Part shown: piece by piece, positions 37,706 to 48,137 of the stretch
Layout: every line of letters begins with the position of its first letter
Position numbering within the stretch: position 1 is the stretch's first letter
Source: a virus
Length of the DNA: 64,000 bases
IMG/VR virus record: IMGVR_UViG_3300033233_000031
Coordinates: 7,489 to 71,488 of that record
Strand: one strand, 5' to 3'
Notes under the pieces: generated by a model
Seen by the model: only the letters and a program-made list of their open reading frames with translations
Told to the model about the DNA's origin: nothing
The model's database searches: none
Position numbers and translations under genes: made by a program

Positions 37706-40348
37706 GTGCCGCCAGCCAACGACGATCTCGCGAACCGCACTCTACTCGGCACCCTTCCGTCCGGCGCGACCGTCGTTTCCGGGACGACGGTCGGCGCCAC
37801 CGTCGAAGGATGGGAAGGCGCTGGTGACTACCGTTCGGTTTGGGTTGAGTTCATCGCCCCGAACACCGATCTGATCACGCTCTTGGGCGTGACCGCCTCG
37901 TACACGATCTACGCCGACGTCGAGCATGAGGATGTCGACCCGCCCACCTCCTGGTCAGACCTCTCCTACGCCGGCATCTACGTCGGCGATGGAGGCAACA
38001 ACCCGCCGGACAGTACATCGTTCACACCGGTCGCCGGCGACAAGTACGTCGTCTACATCGCGAGCTGGAACAACGACGGCGCGACAGGCACGTTCTCGTT
38101 CACGATCTTCTCCGGCAACCCGCCGCCTGCGATTACGTCGTTCACGCCGACCGCGGGGACCGCGGGAGACACCGTCGTCATCACCGGCACAGGCTTCACC
38201 GGCGCTACATCCGTGACGTTCAACGGTATCTCTGCATCGTTTACAGTCGACTCGGACACGCAGATCACGGCGACGGTGCCCTCCGGAACGGTAACCGGCA
38301 CGATCGCGGTGACAACCCCGAGCGGTACCGGATCCCGTGGTGGCTTCGGGCAGATCTACATCTGCAACGCCGAGGATGGTGCGGTCGCGGCAGGAACGGT
38401 GACGCTCGACGGCTCCACACCGGCATTCGTAAAAGACACGCAGTACCGAGTCGTGGATGACACCACGTCGACGTTCAAATCAGACGTCGACTACACCGAG
38501 ACCTTCTACATCGACACGAGCGTCTGCGGTATTCCGAGCGGATACTACGACGTCGACGTGTATGCCAAGTTCGGAGGCTCGACGACGAACAGGGAGGTGC
38601 TCTGTCAGGTCTTCCGCAACGGCGTGCCGGTTGGTCCGGCCGTGATCTACGGAGACAATGGTGGTGCTGAGGCGGTGAATGGCACTGCCGCCTACCGGAG
38701 GATCACCGGCGCTTCGATCTCACCGGGTGGCAAGCAAGGGCCGGCGAGGATCGGGTTCAACACCGGAGACATCCTCTCGTTCCACATCGGTGACTGGGGT
38801 GTGGTGGCCGGGCGCCGCTACTGGGAGGTGCAGAAGGTCAAGTTCACGACGATCAGCACCGGGTCGGTGCCGTCGGTGCCGACGGCAGCCACAGGAATCG
38901 TCCCCGACCTCGGCGCGACGGCCGGTTCGCCGATGTTCAATGTTCGCGATCACGGAGGTGTATCGGGAGCTGCTTCCGACACCAATTCCGTGGACTTCGT
39001 CGTCATGCCGGACGGCGTGACCATCTATGCGATCTACGCCGAGAACCCGAGCTCGCCAAGCGGGGATAACTATCTGTATCTCAAGAAATGGGACGGCGCC
39101 TCGTGGACGACGATCAGCAACGACGTGTGGGGTCGTGGAAGCCCGGCGGCGTCGAGCACATACATTTGCTGGGGCGGCGTCTCTATCGACACCGACGGAA
39201 CTGATCTCTGGATGGCCTGGCATGAATTCCAGCATCCCTCGGGCGTAGGCAAGAGCGTCATCCGTGTCTTCAAGTACGACGTCGGCGGTGCCTCCCTTAC
39301 GCAGATCGGAAGCGACATCCATCACTTTTCAGGGGCAGGCTCTGGGACGACTGGTGTCGCTCAGGACGCTGGCGAGAGCGGAATGCTGCTCAAGGTCGCA
39401 CCGAACGGGACGCTCTGGCTTTCGTGGGCGGAGACTGACAGCGACACCACGGGGACGCCCAATACTCACAATTACCCGTTCCTCTACCACTGGAACGGCT
39501 CCTCGTGGGTTGACGACGGTCTTCCGTTCCTGACCTACCGTCGCAACGTCGACCCGCATGTCACCTTGGTCAACACGGTCGAGGAGTTCGGCCTCAACCA
39601 CGTCGCCTTCACCTTCTGCCACCACGACGGCCCGAGCAACTACCCGGCGGTGATCTACCAGGCGGAGTGGGATCAGGCTCCGGCTGATGGCGACGACATC
39701 GAGCTCGAGTTCATCTACCAGGAGTACGACGGCGGCTCGTGGGGAAACCTCGTTCGGTTCACCCCGAGAGATGTGTGGACAGGGCTGCTCTACACGGCGA
39801 CACCAGACCACGGTCACTGGCACGAGGGCCTCGGCCTTGTCGACGACGGTCATGTCCCGTACCTGTTCGCGCAACTCGGCATGTTCACGAATGCTTCCGA
39901 CCATTCCGTCGTCGGCAAGATGAAGTCCGATGGGTCGGCGTTCGCACCCGTAGGATCCGGCTTCCCCGATCAGGAGCTGACGCCGTACAACGGTGACACA
40001 TGGTCCTACGCGATGAACGGTGTCGGAGGGCTCATCGGGGGCATCCCGATCCTCGTCACGAAGAACCCGGACGGGTGGGGCCTCGGCTTCGCGATCATCT
40101 CGAAAGGCGAGAACGGTTCCGGTACGGGATGGCAGAAGGCGAGCGAGCACGTCGACGAATGGGGCGAGGACTTCAACGAGGCCGCCGCCGTCAAGGTCGT
40201 GGGCAACAGCATCTACATCATGTACGACTCGTTCGGTGACGCGCACGGCTTCCTGGGGATATGGAAGTTCGATCTTGCTTTGGGAGGGATCGTCTCGATG
40301 AACTGGCGCTCGAGCGATCGCGGAGGAACCAGGAAGGTCTTGACGTGA
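37706..40348 (+). CDS. large receptor-binding/minor tail protein with IPT/TIG and beta-propeller-like domains
   Basis: [10 protein letters not shown]-terminal module; [32 protein letters not shown] domain; repeated WDGASW/WNGSSW/YDGGSW blades. Confidence 0.75.
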   Translation: MPPANDDLANRTLLGTLPSGATVVSGTTVGATVEGWEGAGDYRSVWVEFIAPNTDLITLLGVTASYTIYADVEHEDVDPPTSWSDLSYAGIYVGDGGNNPPDSTSFTPVAGDKYVVYIASWNNDGATGTFSFTIFSGNPPPAITSFTPTAGTAGDTVVITGTGFTGATSVTFNGISASFTVDSDTQITATVPSGTVTGTIAVTTPSGTGSRGGFGQIYICNAEDGAVAAGTVTLDGSTPAFVKDTQYRVVDDTTSTFKSDVDYTETFYIDTSVCGIPSGYYDVDVYAKFGGSTTNREVLCQVFRNGVPVGPAVIYGDNGGAEAVNGTAAYRRITGASISPGGKQGPARIGFNTGDILSFHIGDWGVVAGRRYWEVQKVKFTTISTGSVPSVPTAATGIVPDLGATAGSPMFNVRDHGGVSGAASDTNSVDFVVMPDGVTIYAIYAENPSSPSGDNYLYLKKWDGASWTTISNDVWGRGSPAASSTYICWGGVSIDTDGTDLWMAWHEFQHPSGVGKSVIRVFKYDVGGASLTQIGSDIHHFSGAGSGTTGVAQDAGESGMLLKVAPNGTLWLSWAETDSDTTGTPNTHNYPFLYHWNGSSWVDDGLPFLTYRRNVDPHVTLVNTVEEFGLNHVAFTFCHHDGPSNYPAVIYQAEWDQAPADGDDIELEFIYQEYDGGSWGNLVRFTPRDVWTGLLYTATPDHGHWHEGLGLVDDGHVPYLFAQLGMFTNASDHSVVGKMKSDGSAFAPVGSGFPDQELTPYNGDTWSYAMNGVGGLIGGIPILVTKNPDGWGLGFAIISKGENGSGTGWQKASEHVDEWGEDFNEAAAVKVVGNSIYIMYDSFGDAHGFLGIWKFDLALGGIVSMNWRSSDRGGTRKVLT

Positions 40349-40377
40349 ACGGGCCCGCCTGAGCGCGGGCCCGTTCA
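40346..40377. terminator. bidirectional hairpin between convergent operons
   Basis: TGAACGGGCCCGC-N6-GCGGGCCCGTTCA. Confidence 0.75.
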
Positions 40378-40385
40378 ACATCCGG

Positions 40386-40655
40386 TCAGTCGCCGGTGTC
40401 GCCGACGAAGACTGCGATGTCGCCCTCGTCGATCACTGCGCCACGGACGCCGTCGACGAGCTGGAAGATGGTGACGTGGTCCTGCCAGAAGCCCGGCGGG
40501 TACGTCTCGAAGTGGAACCCATCGTTCGAGTCCTTCTGCGTGCCGACGTCGCCGTTGACAGAGTTCACGGCAACGATCTCGACCGGGCCCTCGTAGTCAC
40601 CGGGGGTCCAGCTGACGTTCGCGCCCTCGCGCTGGATGTTGATGCCAACAGCCAT
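40386..40655 (-). CDS. hypothetical acidic protein
   Basis: AAAGGAGG RBS; 89 aa. Confidence 0.6.
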   Translation of the reverse strand: MAVGINIQREGANVSWTPGDYEGPVEIVAVNSVNGDVGTQKDSNDGFHFETYPPGFWQDHVTIFQLVDGVRGAVIDEGDIAVFVGDTGD

Positions 40656-40712
40656 GCTGCCTCCTTTGTTGGTAAGCGGAGGATACCGCTCCATTGTGGT
40701 CAAACGAAGACG

Positions 40713-41468
40713 CTAGAGATGGATTCGCGGTGCTAGCGACACCGCCGTGATCCTCTTCTTGGCGTCCGCCTCGCCAAACGGCGAGGTCACTCCGTAATGA
40801 CAGTGATCTGGTCTGAACTTCTGATCGCCGACCTTGCCGATCACATCACCGACGGAGACCTTGGCTCCGACTGAGAACTTGGGGTTCTGCCAGCCCAGGT
40901 GCGTGATGAAGTACTCGTAGTTGGCTCGTGTGCGGATGTACGTGTTCCAGCCGAAGACGCCCTGGGTGTCCCACGTATCTTCGGTTGGCGGATGACCTGA
41001 CAGCCTGGAGATCGTGCCCGCTTCGACTGCCAGCACCCGAGCTCCCGGCGTATCGCAGAAGTCGATCGCCCAGTTGCCGGGGAGGCCCGCGGTCGGATGA
41101 AGACCCTGGCAGACGCCGCCACCCTCGCCGGTCGGGTACGGGTAACAGATCGCCACCGGCGTCTTCGCATACTGCATCCGCCAGAGGCCGGAAGCGATGA
41201 CGTCGAAGGCCTTCGCGTCCTCGAGCGCGCGCAGAGTCTCCTCGTCGAACTGGCCGCGCTTCGCGCCGGCGGTCAGTCGATCCTGGGCCAGACCGACATC
41301 TGCTGCCAGCACCACTCCGTAGGTCTTCTTCTCCGCATCGGTGAGCTTCTGGAAGCGCTTCCACTTCTTGTCATCGTCGAGGAATCGGAGCACTGCACGT
41401 CGTGCGCCCCACACGTCGTACCCAGTCGTTCGCAGCTTCAGAACGCGATGGAATGGGAGCTGGCTCAC
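40713..41468 (-). CDS. endolysin, M23 peptidase with possible N-terminal peptidoglycan-binding domain
   Basis: H...WAIDF, VLAVEAGTI, THL, VSVGDVIGKVG and DHCHYG motifs. Confidence 0.85.
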   Translation of the reverse strand: MSQLPFHRVLKLRTTGYDVWGARRAVLRFLDDDKKWKRFQKLTDAEKKTYGVVLAADVGLAQDRLTAGAKRGQFDEETLRALEDAKAFDVIASGLWRMQYAKTPVAICYPYPTGEGGGVCQGLHPTAGLPGNWAIDFCDTPGARVLAVEAGTISRLSGHPPTEDTWDTQGVFGWNTYIRTRANYEYFITHLGWQNPKFSVGAKVSVGDVIGKVGDQKFRPDHCHYGVTSPFGEADAKKRITAVSLAPRIHL

Positions 41469-41478
41469 GATGGTCCTT

Positions 41479-41580
41479 TCAGAGAACTCTTCGGACGAAG
41501 CAGATGGTCGCCGCGATGATCCCGACGACGATGACCACGGAGAGCCACTCGGGCGCTCCGAACACCGAGAAAGCGATCAT
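41479..41580 (-). CDS. small membrane protein
   Basis: MIAFSVFGAPEWLSVVIVVGIIAATICFVRRVL. Confidence 0.55.
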   Translation of the reverse strand: MIAFSVFGAPEWLSVVIVVGIIAATICFVRRVL

Positions 41581-42014
41581 GCGTCCTCCTCCCTGTTCAG
41601 AGTCAATCCTTCCTTCTCCATGATGTCTTCGATGACCTCTTTTCTCGTGTGGCGGTCGGTAAGAGTGGACCACATTGTGAGACTCTGGATGATCAGCACC
41701 GTGCAGATGAGCGAGATCCTGTACTGGTATCCGGATGGAGAGGGGTTAGAAGGAGTTCTCGAAGCCGAGAGGCTGAAGACGAGTATCGTGGCCTGTATGC
41801 CCAGTCGAGAGGTCGACCTGACCATTGCGTTCCACGTAATGAGCTGCAAGATGCCGTTCAGCTTTTCGAGCTTCACGTTGCGCCAGTCCAGGAAAGAGTT
41901 CTTGAGCGAGATGTAACTGACCATCAAGAGCAGCACGCTGGTCACGATCCAAGAGATTTCCCACCAGCTCGTGTTACTGAAGGGGCCAGCTGTAGTCCAG
42001 TCTCCCAAGATCAT
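41577..42014 (-). CDS. 3-TM membrane protein (holin candidate)
   Basis: Three hydrophobic segments and a charged C-terminus; upstream of the endolysin. Confidence 0.6.
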   Translation of the reverse strand: MILGDWTTAGPFSNTSWWEISWIVTSVLLLMVSYISLKNSFLDWRNVKLEKLNGILQLITWNAMVRSTSRLGIQATILVFSLSASRTPSNPSPSGYQYRISLICTVLIIQSLTMWSTLTDRHTRKEVIEDIMEKEGLTLNREEDA

Positions 42015-42163
42015 CTGCGCCTCCCGATGGTCCTGACTTCGGCCTGCAAAGCCCGTAACTCGGCTTGTACTCTGGCTTGCCTCATCCTCGTGTCCTCTAT
42101 CTCTTTCTTCAAGGACGGTGGAAGGTCACGGTGACGAAACCCAAGTCGCTTGAGGAGTCTCAT
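42011..42163 (-). CDS. small coiled-coil protein of the lysis cassette
   Basis: MRLLKRLGF...; ATGA coupling on both sides. Confidence 0.55.
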   Translation of the reverse strand: MRLLKRLGFRHRDLPPSLKKEIEDTRMRQARVQAELRALQAEVRTIGRRR

Positions 42164-42423
42164 CGCTTCACCCGCGATAGTTCTTTCGCTGTGTTGATCG
42201 TCTCTTCTGATAGCGAAGTCCCGTGTAGGGCTAGGTCTCTCCACATCTCTAGCTCCTTCTGCTGAGCTCCGTACTGCCACCCCCAGACCCACCATCTGCG
42301 AAATCCTCCTAACAGGATGATCGCCAGTATCGTTGCTGGGCCCGCTTGCGAGATGTAGTCCAGCCATGCCTGTGACGGATCCACTGAAAGCAAGATCCTT
42401 GGCACCATGGGGAGAAGACTCAT
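42160..42423 (-). CDS. single-TM membrane protein of the lysis cassette
   Basis: GPATILAIILLGGFRRWWVWG...EMWRDLAL. Confidence 0.6.
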   Translation of the reverse strand: MSLLPMVPRILLSVDPSQAWLDYISQAGPATILAIILLGGFRRWWVWGWQYGAQQKELEMWRDLALHGTSLSEETINTAKELSRVKR

Positions 42424-42730
42424 CAGTCACCGCTCGCGCCTAGTTCGGCTGCAATCCGCTCGTGGGCCGCCTCTATCGTCTCTCCCCTGGTGAGGCAAGC
42501 ACCGTTTCCAGTCGCTTCCGGCCACGGGCAGTCTGGGAGTTCGTCACTGGTCACTGATCATCCTTTGGCGAATGGAGTTCGGCAGGCTCTTCCCAGAGAT
42601 CGTAAAGACATAGAAGGACGGAGGTTGTAAGGAGCCGATGGTCACGGTAGGGTTCGTCTTACAGACAACTAGGCCGCCGCTCCTGGTGGGAGCGGCCCGC
42701 CGGACCTGTTCCCTAGTAGGAGGAGCGACC

Positions 42731-43531
42731 GTGAAACGGCACGCGATCCGATGCGTTGTGATTGCAGCGATCGCTGCAGGATTCGTCTCAATCTCGACAG
42801 CAGCACAAGGCGACGGCAAGAGGAGCCAGAGGCTGCCTCCCACCGCCGCAGTGAAACACAAGGCCTCGGCAGCCGCCTCCGCCAGAGTGAAGCCGCCGAC
42901 GCCGTACTCGAGGATGACGCTCCAGCAAAGAGCTCGGTATCAGGAGCGCGCGCTACAAACGTACATGAGCCGGTGGCACTTCTGGCTCCGTCACCGATCC
43001 GGTGGATCAGCCAAGACGATGAGGTGCCGTGGCGCGCTCGCGCCAGCGTGGGCCTGCTGGAGCCTTGAAGCCTCAAACTGGACCAGACTCGAACTCGCCA
43101 AGACGCGCGAGCGCATTGAGGTCGTGCGTCGCAACAAGATCATCGCTCGCCTGAATCGCGGCTTGGTCGGCACGCCTATGGAGGGTCTAGGTGCCGCGTA
43201 TGAGGAGGCTGGTCGTCTCAACGACGTATCCCCCTATCTGCTCGCCGCGGCCTCCGGCACCGAGTCTTCGTTCGGCGTATCAGCCTGCGGAAGCTACAAC
43301 GCATGGGGGCTTGGCAACTGCTCGGGCAGTAGCTGGGTGCCCTCCTTTGCATCGTGGTCGGAGGCCATTCACTGGTACGCCGTCTACCTGCGGAGAACGT
43401 GGCCAAGCGCACGAACAACCTACGACTTCACGCACCCCAACTACGCGGCCTGCCCGCCGTGCTGGGGTCGTAAGACAGCCTGGTGGATGGCCTCGCGCTT
43501 CGGTGCACCCGGCACAGTCGCCTACCGCTGA
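42731..43531 (+). CDS. secreted lysozyme-fold cell-wall hydrolase (glucosaminidase/transglycosylase-like)
   Basis: Signal peptide; VSPYLLAAASGTESSFG..YNAWGLG..FASWSEAI; AGGAGGAG RBS. Confidence 0.75.
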   Translation: MKRHAIRCVVIAAIAAGFVSISTAAQGDGKRSQRLPPTAAVKHKASAAASARVKPPTPYSRMTLQQRARYQERALQTYMSRWHFWLRHRSGGSAKTMRCRGALAPAWACWSLEASNWTRLELAKTRERIEVVRRNKIIARLNRGLVGTPMEGLGAAYEEAGRLNDVSPYLLAAASGTESSFGVSACGSYNAWGLGNCSGSSWVPSFASWSEAIHWYAVYLRRTWPSARTTYDFTHPNYAACPPCWGRKTAWWMASRFGAPGTVAYR

Positions 43532-43553
43532 TTCTCAGTCGGCTGAGAAACGA

Positions 43554-43585
43554 GAAAGAGCCCGGGCAACCGGGCTCTTTCTTTC
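43554..43585 (+). terminator. intrinsic terminator
   Basis: GAAAGAGCCCGG-GCAA-CCGGGCTCTTTC followed by TTT. Confidence 0.85.
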
Positions 43586-43617
43586 GAGGGGGGGCATCGA
43601 ACACTACTCCCCTTTGA

Positions 43618-44628
43618 TTATCCTTTCCAGTGCCCGCTGCCGGTCTGGACGTGGTAGGTGATGTACTGCTCGATCGTCATCCCTTTCGCTGCCGCCCGAG
43701 CAGCCAGCCGAGCAGCCACTCGATCGCTGAAAGGACCCACGAGAAAGGGACCGGGGGCGGTACCACCACCAGGCGCTGGCGGCAGAGGTACGGGAGGTGG
43801 AGGTGGAGGTGGAGTAGGGGCAGGGCCCGGAGGAGGTAGATCGGGCAGCGTGACGCCTGTGAGCGTGTGGTACGCATCGGCGAGAGCCTGAACGTCGATC
43901 CCTTCCTGGAAGGCCGGGTGATCGATGTTCCACTGCCAGATCACGACCCAGGCCTCTTCGAGCTGATGCTTGCGGAAGGGCGAAGTCGTCTTCACCCGCA
44001 GCCCCCAGCTGATCACGTCTTCGATCTTCGTGCCTTCGTCGAAGGCGCCGTTGACGATGGCGTGGCCTCCCCACTCCGGACTCTTGCTGTAGTCCCACTC
44101 GCCCTGATCGGTCTGGTCCTGCTGGGCCGTCAGAAGGTTGACGCCCCAGAGGACGCCACCGAAGATGCTGACGGCAGCGTCGAGTTCGGCGTCGCTTGAT
44201 TCGTCGACCTTCGCGAAAGCGAGCGGCTTCACATCGCCGATGCCTCCGGAGTGCAGTGCCTCGAGCATCGTCTGCATATCGACACCGTCGTCGCCAGTGC
44301 CCGTCGCGGGGTTGAAACTGGGATTGCCGGAGCGTCGATAGAGATCGAAGACCTCATCCTGCGACGGCTGGACTTCGGCACCGAGAAGACCGGCGCTGAC
44401 GAGGCGGACGAGATTCGCGACCGAGGTCGGGCCGCAGTCTCCGAACTGATCGTTCTCGTAGAGGCCGAAGGGATTGGCCGCGATATGGTCTGTGACGGCC
44501 GGATGCGCCGGGACGGCACCTGACAGGAAGTCGGCCAGCATCAGGGCTGGCGCATGCTTCGGCGGTCGGCGCCCGAGCTTCCTGCTCGGATAGTCGTGGA
44601 CGCCGGACGCGCGATGTGGAATTGCCAC
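43618..44628 (-). CDS. papain-like cysteine peptidase with Pro linker and C-terminal RHH-like domain
   Basis: NDQFGDCG (Cys), GGHAI (His) and VISWG motifs; PPPP linker. Confidence 0.75.
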   Translation of the reverse strand: MAIPHRASGVHDYPSRKLGRRPPKHAPALMLADFLSGAVPAHPAVTDHIAANPFGLYENDQFGDCGPTSVANLVRLVSAGLLGAEVQPSQDEVFDLYRRSGNPSFNPATGTGDDGVDMQTMLEALHSGGIGDVKPLAFAKVDESSDAELDAAVSIFGGVLWGVNLLTAQQDQTDQGEWDYSKSPEWGGHAIVNGAFDEGTKIEDVISWGLRVKTTSPFRKHQLEEAWVVIWQWNIDHPAFQEGIDVQALADAYHTLTGVTLPDLPPPGPAPTPPPPPPPVPLPPAPGGGTAPGPFLVGPFSDRVAARLAARAAAKGMTIEQYITYHVQTGSGHWKG

Positions 44629-45028
44629 TTCTCTCCTCTCGATGGACGACACCGATGGTACGAGTCTCGTCGGCTTGACCTTCGTCCGCCAGTCGTTCTA
44701 AGCTGGTGGTGCGCCGTGGAGCAGTTGGGAGCTCGGGCGCGAAGTGACCGAAGAGGTGATCGAGTTCGATGCTTCGATCCCCGGCTACAGAGCCCGTCGC
44801 GTTGTCCAGTTCTCACGGATCGATACGCGATCGATGACTTTCCTGTCTCTGGTCGGCACTGGCGTCATGCTCGACTCCGGGACGAGAAGCTCAGCCCAGT
44901 AGCGGGACCAAAAGGAGCCCCCGCGTGCCTTCGTCCTACTCAGTGAGGAGGTGCACCTCTTCACCTTTCGTCCAGCACCCGGGGGCAAGGAGCAGGACTC
45001 TAGCAGACTCCGTGCTTACACTTCAACC

Positions 45029-45586
45029 GTGGATCCAGACGGCGACGAGTTCTACGACGCGGACGGCGAGAAGATCCCCGAGAAGGGCGTCTCGGATATC
45101 ACCGCCGCGGACAAGTACGAGTTCATCCAGCTGACGTCGCAAGGCTACGACCGGAGCGAGGCCGCGCTCGTACTCGGCTACAAGGCGCGGCCCTGGCGAT
45201 CGCTGACGTCACAGATGTCGCCGTTCTACGACGAGGAGTTCACGCGCGCGTACTACGACGCGAAGGGAACGCCGGAAGCGAACCTCAACTACATCGAGCG
45301 CGTGCGCGAGATGGTCAACCATCGCGCGATGACCGACTCGGACCGTCTGCTCGAGAAGATCGCGCTCGTGCATCTGCCAGAGTGGCAGGTGCTTCGCCAG
45401 CGCGATGTGAACATCAACGTGCGCGCCGTCTTCGAGGCGCAGCTGAAGGAGCTGCCCACCGAGCTCTTGGACAAGATCATCGAGGCCCTGGAAACCGGGC
45501 ACGTCATCGATGCTGAGCCGGCCGACTTCGACGAGCTACCGCCAGCAGTAGAGAGTGATGATGACCCGCAAGAGGAGGCCGCGTGA
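45029..45586 (+). CDS. terminase small subunit (probable)
   Basis: Directly upstream of and coupled to TerL; N-terminal HTH-like segment; SDRLL; TACACT 6 nt before GTG. Confidence 0.65.
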   Translation: MDPDGDEFYDADGEKIPEKGVSDITAADKYEFIQLTSQGYDRSEAALVLGYKARPWRSLTSQMSPFYDEEFTRAYYDAKGTPEANLNYIERVREMVNHRAMTDSDRLLEKIALVHLPEWQVLRQRDVNINVRAVFEAQLKELPTELLDKIIEALETGHVIDAEPADFDELPPAVESDDDPQEEAA

Positions 45587-47172
45587 CTCACGACGATGAC
45601 TGGAAGCTCGAAGTCGCGCAGGGCATCCGCAACTCCCGCAAGATCGCCGAAGAGGCGGAGGAGTTCTCTGGCTCGCTCGTGAAGTTCATCCGCGCCGCCT
45701 GGGAGCATATGAAGCCGGAGGAGCTGTACCGGCACAACTGGCACATCGACGCCATCTGCGAGCACCTGGAGGCTGTGTCGCACGGAGAGATCGATCGACT
45801 CCAGATCTGGATTCCGCCGCAGTCGATGAAGTCGATCCTGACGAGCGTCTGCTGGCCCGCGTGGGAGTGGACGTTCGCGCCGGGCATCTGTTACTGGACG
45901 GCGTCCTACTCAACCGATCTCTCGGGACGGCTCTCAGCCGAGTCGCTCTTCCTGATGAAGAGCCAGTGGTACCAGGAGCGCTGGGGGCACAAGTTCAACT
46001 TCATCCGCGACGCCGAGTCGTTCTTCAAGAACGACCGTGGCGGGCATCGGCTCGCGACATCGCCAACGGCCGAGATGGGCACGGGCTACCACGGCCACCG
46101 CGTCCTGATCGACGACGCGATCAATGCGAAGGCGGCTGACGCGACTTCGCGAGTCCGGCTCGACGAGGCAAACAGCTGGTACGACGGAACGGTCGAGTCA
46201 CGAGGGATCGGCGATGACCATGCGCGCGTGATCATCATGCAGCGACTGCACGAGAAGGACATCGCCGCGCACGTCTTCGACGACCACACGAGTTGGACGG
46301 TGCTCTGTCTCCCCGAGTTCTTCGAGCCCAAGCATCCGTATGCCTGGCGTGGTGATCCTCGTAAGGAAGACGACTCCCTGTGGCCTGACTATCGGCCGCG
46401 AGAGGCCGCCTTGTCGAAGATGTCACGCCTCGGCTATCGGTCATCCGGCCAGTACCAGCAGCGGCCAGAGCCGAAGGAAGGATCGATCCTGAAGCGCGAC
46501 CAGTGGCGCTTCTACGATCCGAAGCTCTTCAACGAGGATCTGCCAGCGAAGGAGCTCGCGGGCTACCGTAACCGGCGCCCAAAGTGCACACGCGTCGTGA
46601 TGTCGATCGACGCTCCGCTCAAGGACAAGGAGACGAACGACCATGTCTCCATCCAGTCCTGGGGCGTGCGCGGCGCCGACCGCTTCCTGCTCGACATCCG
46701 CACCGACAACATGGCCTACCCGCAGGCCAAGCGGGCGATCATCGAGCAGGCGCGGTACGTGCGCAAGCTCTACCCGCGCGTCGCTCACACCGTCCTGATC
46801 GAGAATGCTGGCTACGGTCCGGAGCTGATCGCTGATCTCAAGCGTGACCTGACCGGCGTGACGAAGATCCCGGCAGGGCAAGACGGCGACAAGACCACGC
46901 GCGCCGAGGCGGCGTCCTCAGACCTCGAGTCTGGGAACTGCTGGCTGCCCGGAATTGGCGGCGGCGTGGACGAGACGACCGGCCCGCCCACTAAGGTCAG
47001 CGCCGAGGTGCAGGAGTTCATCGAGGAATTGGCCCGCTTCCCGAATGGCAGCTACGACGACCGTGTTGACGCCTGGAGCCAGTGCATGAACTGGCTGCGC
47101 GCGCGCCTGGTGAAGCCTGGCCGAACTGCCTCGCCGTATTCACGAAGGAGACGACGCCGTGCCCCAGCTTGA
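45583..47172 (+). CDS. terL: terminase large subunit
   Basis: IPPQSMKS Walker A variant, VLIDD Walker B, IIMQRLHEKD, QYQQRP and FPNGSYDDRVDAWSQ. Confidence 0.95.
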   Translation: MTHDDDWKLEVAQGIRNSRKIAEEAEEFSGSLVKFIRAAWEHMKPEELYRHNWHIDAICEHLEAVSHGEIDRLQIWIPPQSMKSILTSVCWPAWEWTFAPGICYWTASYSTDLSGRLSAESLFLMKSQWYQERWGHKFNFIRDAESFFKNDRGGHRLATSPTAEMGTGYHGHRVLIDDAINAKAADATSRVRLDEANSWYDGTVESRGIGDDHARVIIMQRLHEKDIAAHVFDDHTSWTVLCLPEFFEPKHPYAWRGDPRKEDDSLWPDYRPREAALSKMSRLGYRSSGQYQQRPEPKEGSILKRDQWRFYDPKLFNEDLPAKELAGYRNRRPKCTRVVMSIDAPLKDKETNDHVSIQSWGVRGADRFLLDIRTDNMAYPQAKRAIIEQARYVRKLYPRVAHTVLIENAGYGPELIADLKRDLTGVTKIPAGQDGDKTTRAEAASSDLESGNCWLPGIGGGVDETTGPPTKVSAEVQEFIEELARFPNGSYDDRVDAWSQCMNWLRARLVKPGRTASPYSRRRRRRAPA

Positions 47173-47426
47173 CCCGGACGATCCCAAGCGCGAATACTGC
47201 CTCCCGAAGAGACGCGGCGGAAGGAAGCCGGACATCAGCCAGATCGCCGGCGGGATCCCCGTGAACGATCGCACCGCCGATCAGATCGGTCGCAGCTACA
47301 CGCGCGAGCAGATCGAGAAGTTCGAGGACAAGAGGCGTCGGCGATGAGCTTCAACCCGTACTGGCTCGCGGTTGCGGTTGGCTTCCTTCTCGGCGTCCTC
47401 GTCGAGCACCGCTGGGCGATCCTCTG

Positions 47427-48137
47427 ATGTCTATCGCGATCGTCATTCCCGTTCTCGGGCGACCGGAGCGGGCACCCTCGCTCGTCGAGTCGATCAAGAT
47501 CAGCACGACCGTCCCTCACCGCGTGCTCTTCATGCTCTCCCCGAATGACCGAGCTGGGCGCGTCTACGCCAAGCACGGCGAGGTGATCCTCGTCGAGTGG
47601 GAGTCTGGGCCCGGAGACTTCGCCCGCAAGACGAACCGCGGCTTCGCCGAGACGACTGAGGAGTTCATCTTCTGCGGTGCGACAGATCTGACCTTCGAGC
47701 CCGGATGGGACGTCCGCGCGCTCGATGTCGCCGAGTCCTCCGGCGCTGGCGTGATCGGCACCTGGGATGGAGCCAACCCGGTCGTGATGAAGGGCGACCA
47801 CTCGACGCACTCGCTCGTCCGACGTTCGTATGCCGAGGATCCTGGCTGCACCGTCGACGGAACGGGGGCGATCTACTGCGAGCTCTACGACCACCAGGCA
47901 GTCGATAACGAGCTGGTCGAGGTAGCGCAGATGCGCGGGCAATGGGCATTCTCGCCGTACTCGAGAGTCATCCACCACCATCCCTTCTTCGATCGCAGCA
48001 TTCCGATCGACGCGACCTACAAGAAGGCGTTGGCGAAAGGTCGAGATGACAGGGTGCTCTTCATGCAGCGACGACGGCTGTGGCAAGTAGAGGCGCGCGC
48101 TCGGCAGCGGCAAGAGCGGAGAGCGAGGATGAGGTGA
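47427..48137 (+). CDS. glycosyltransferase family 2
   Basis: IAIVIPVLGRP, N.G, GATDL (DxD variant), VDNE and IHHHP motifs. Confidence 0.8.
   Translation: MSIAIVIPVLGRPERAPSLVESIKISTTVPHRVLFMLSPNDRAGRVYAKHGEVILVEWESGPGDFARKTNRGFAETTEEFIFCGATDLTFEPGWDVRALDVAESSGAGVIGTWDGANPVVMKGDHSTHSLVRRSYAEDPGCTVDGTGAIYCELYDHQAVDNELVEVAQMRGQWAFSPYSRVIHHHPFFDRSIPIDATYKKALAKGRDDRVLFMQRRRLWQVEARARQRQERRARMR

Noticed and set aside
40861-40877. Fourth copy of the 18-bp operator
   Set aside because: Only a half-site match (CCGACTGAGAA) and it lies inside the endolysin coding sequence
42655-42730. c-di-AMP (ydaO) riboswitch upstream of the cell-wall hydrolase
   Set aside because: A hairpin is present but the conserved ydaO motifs were not found and the leader is too short
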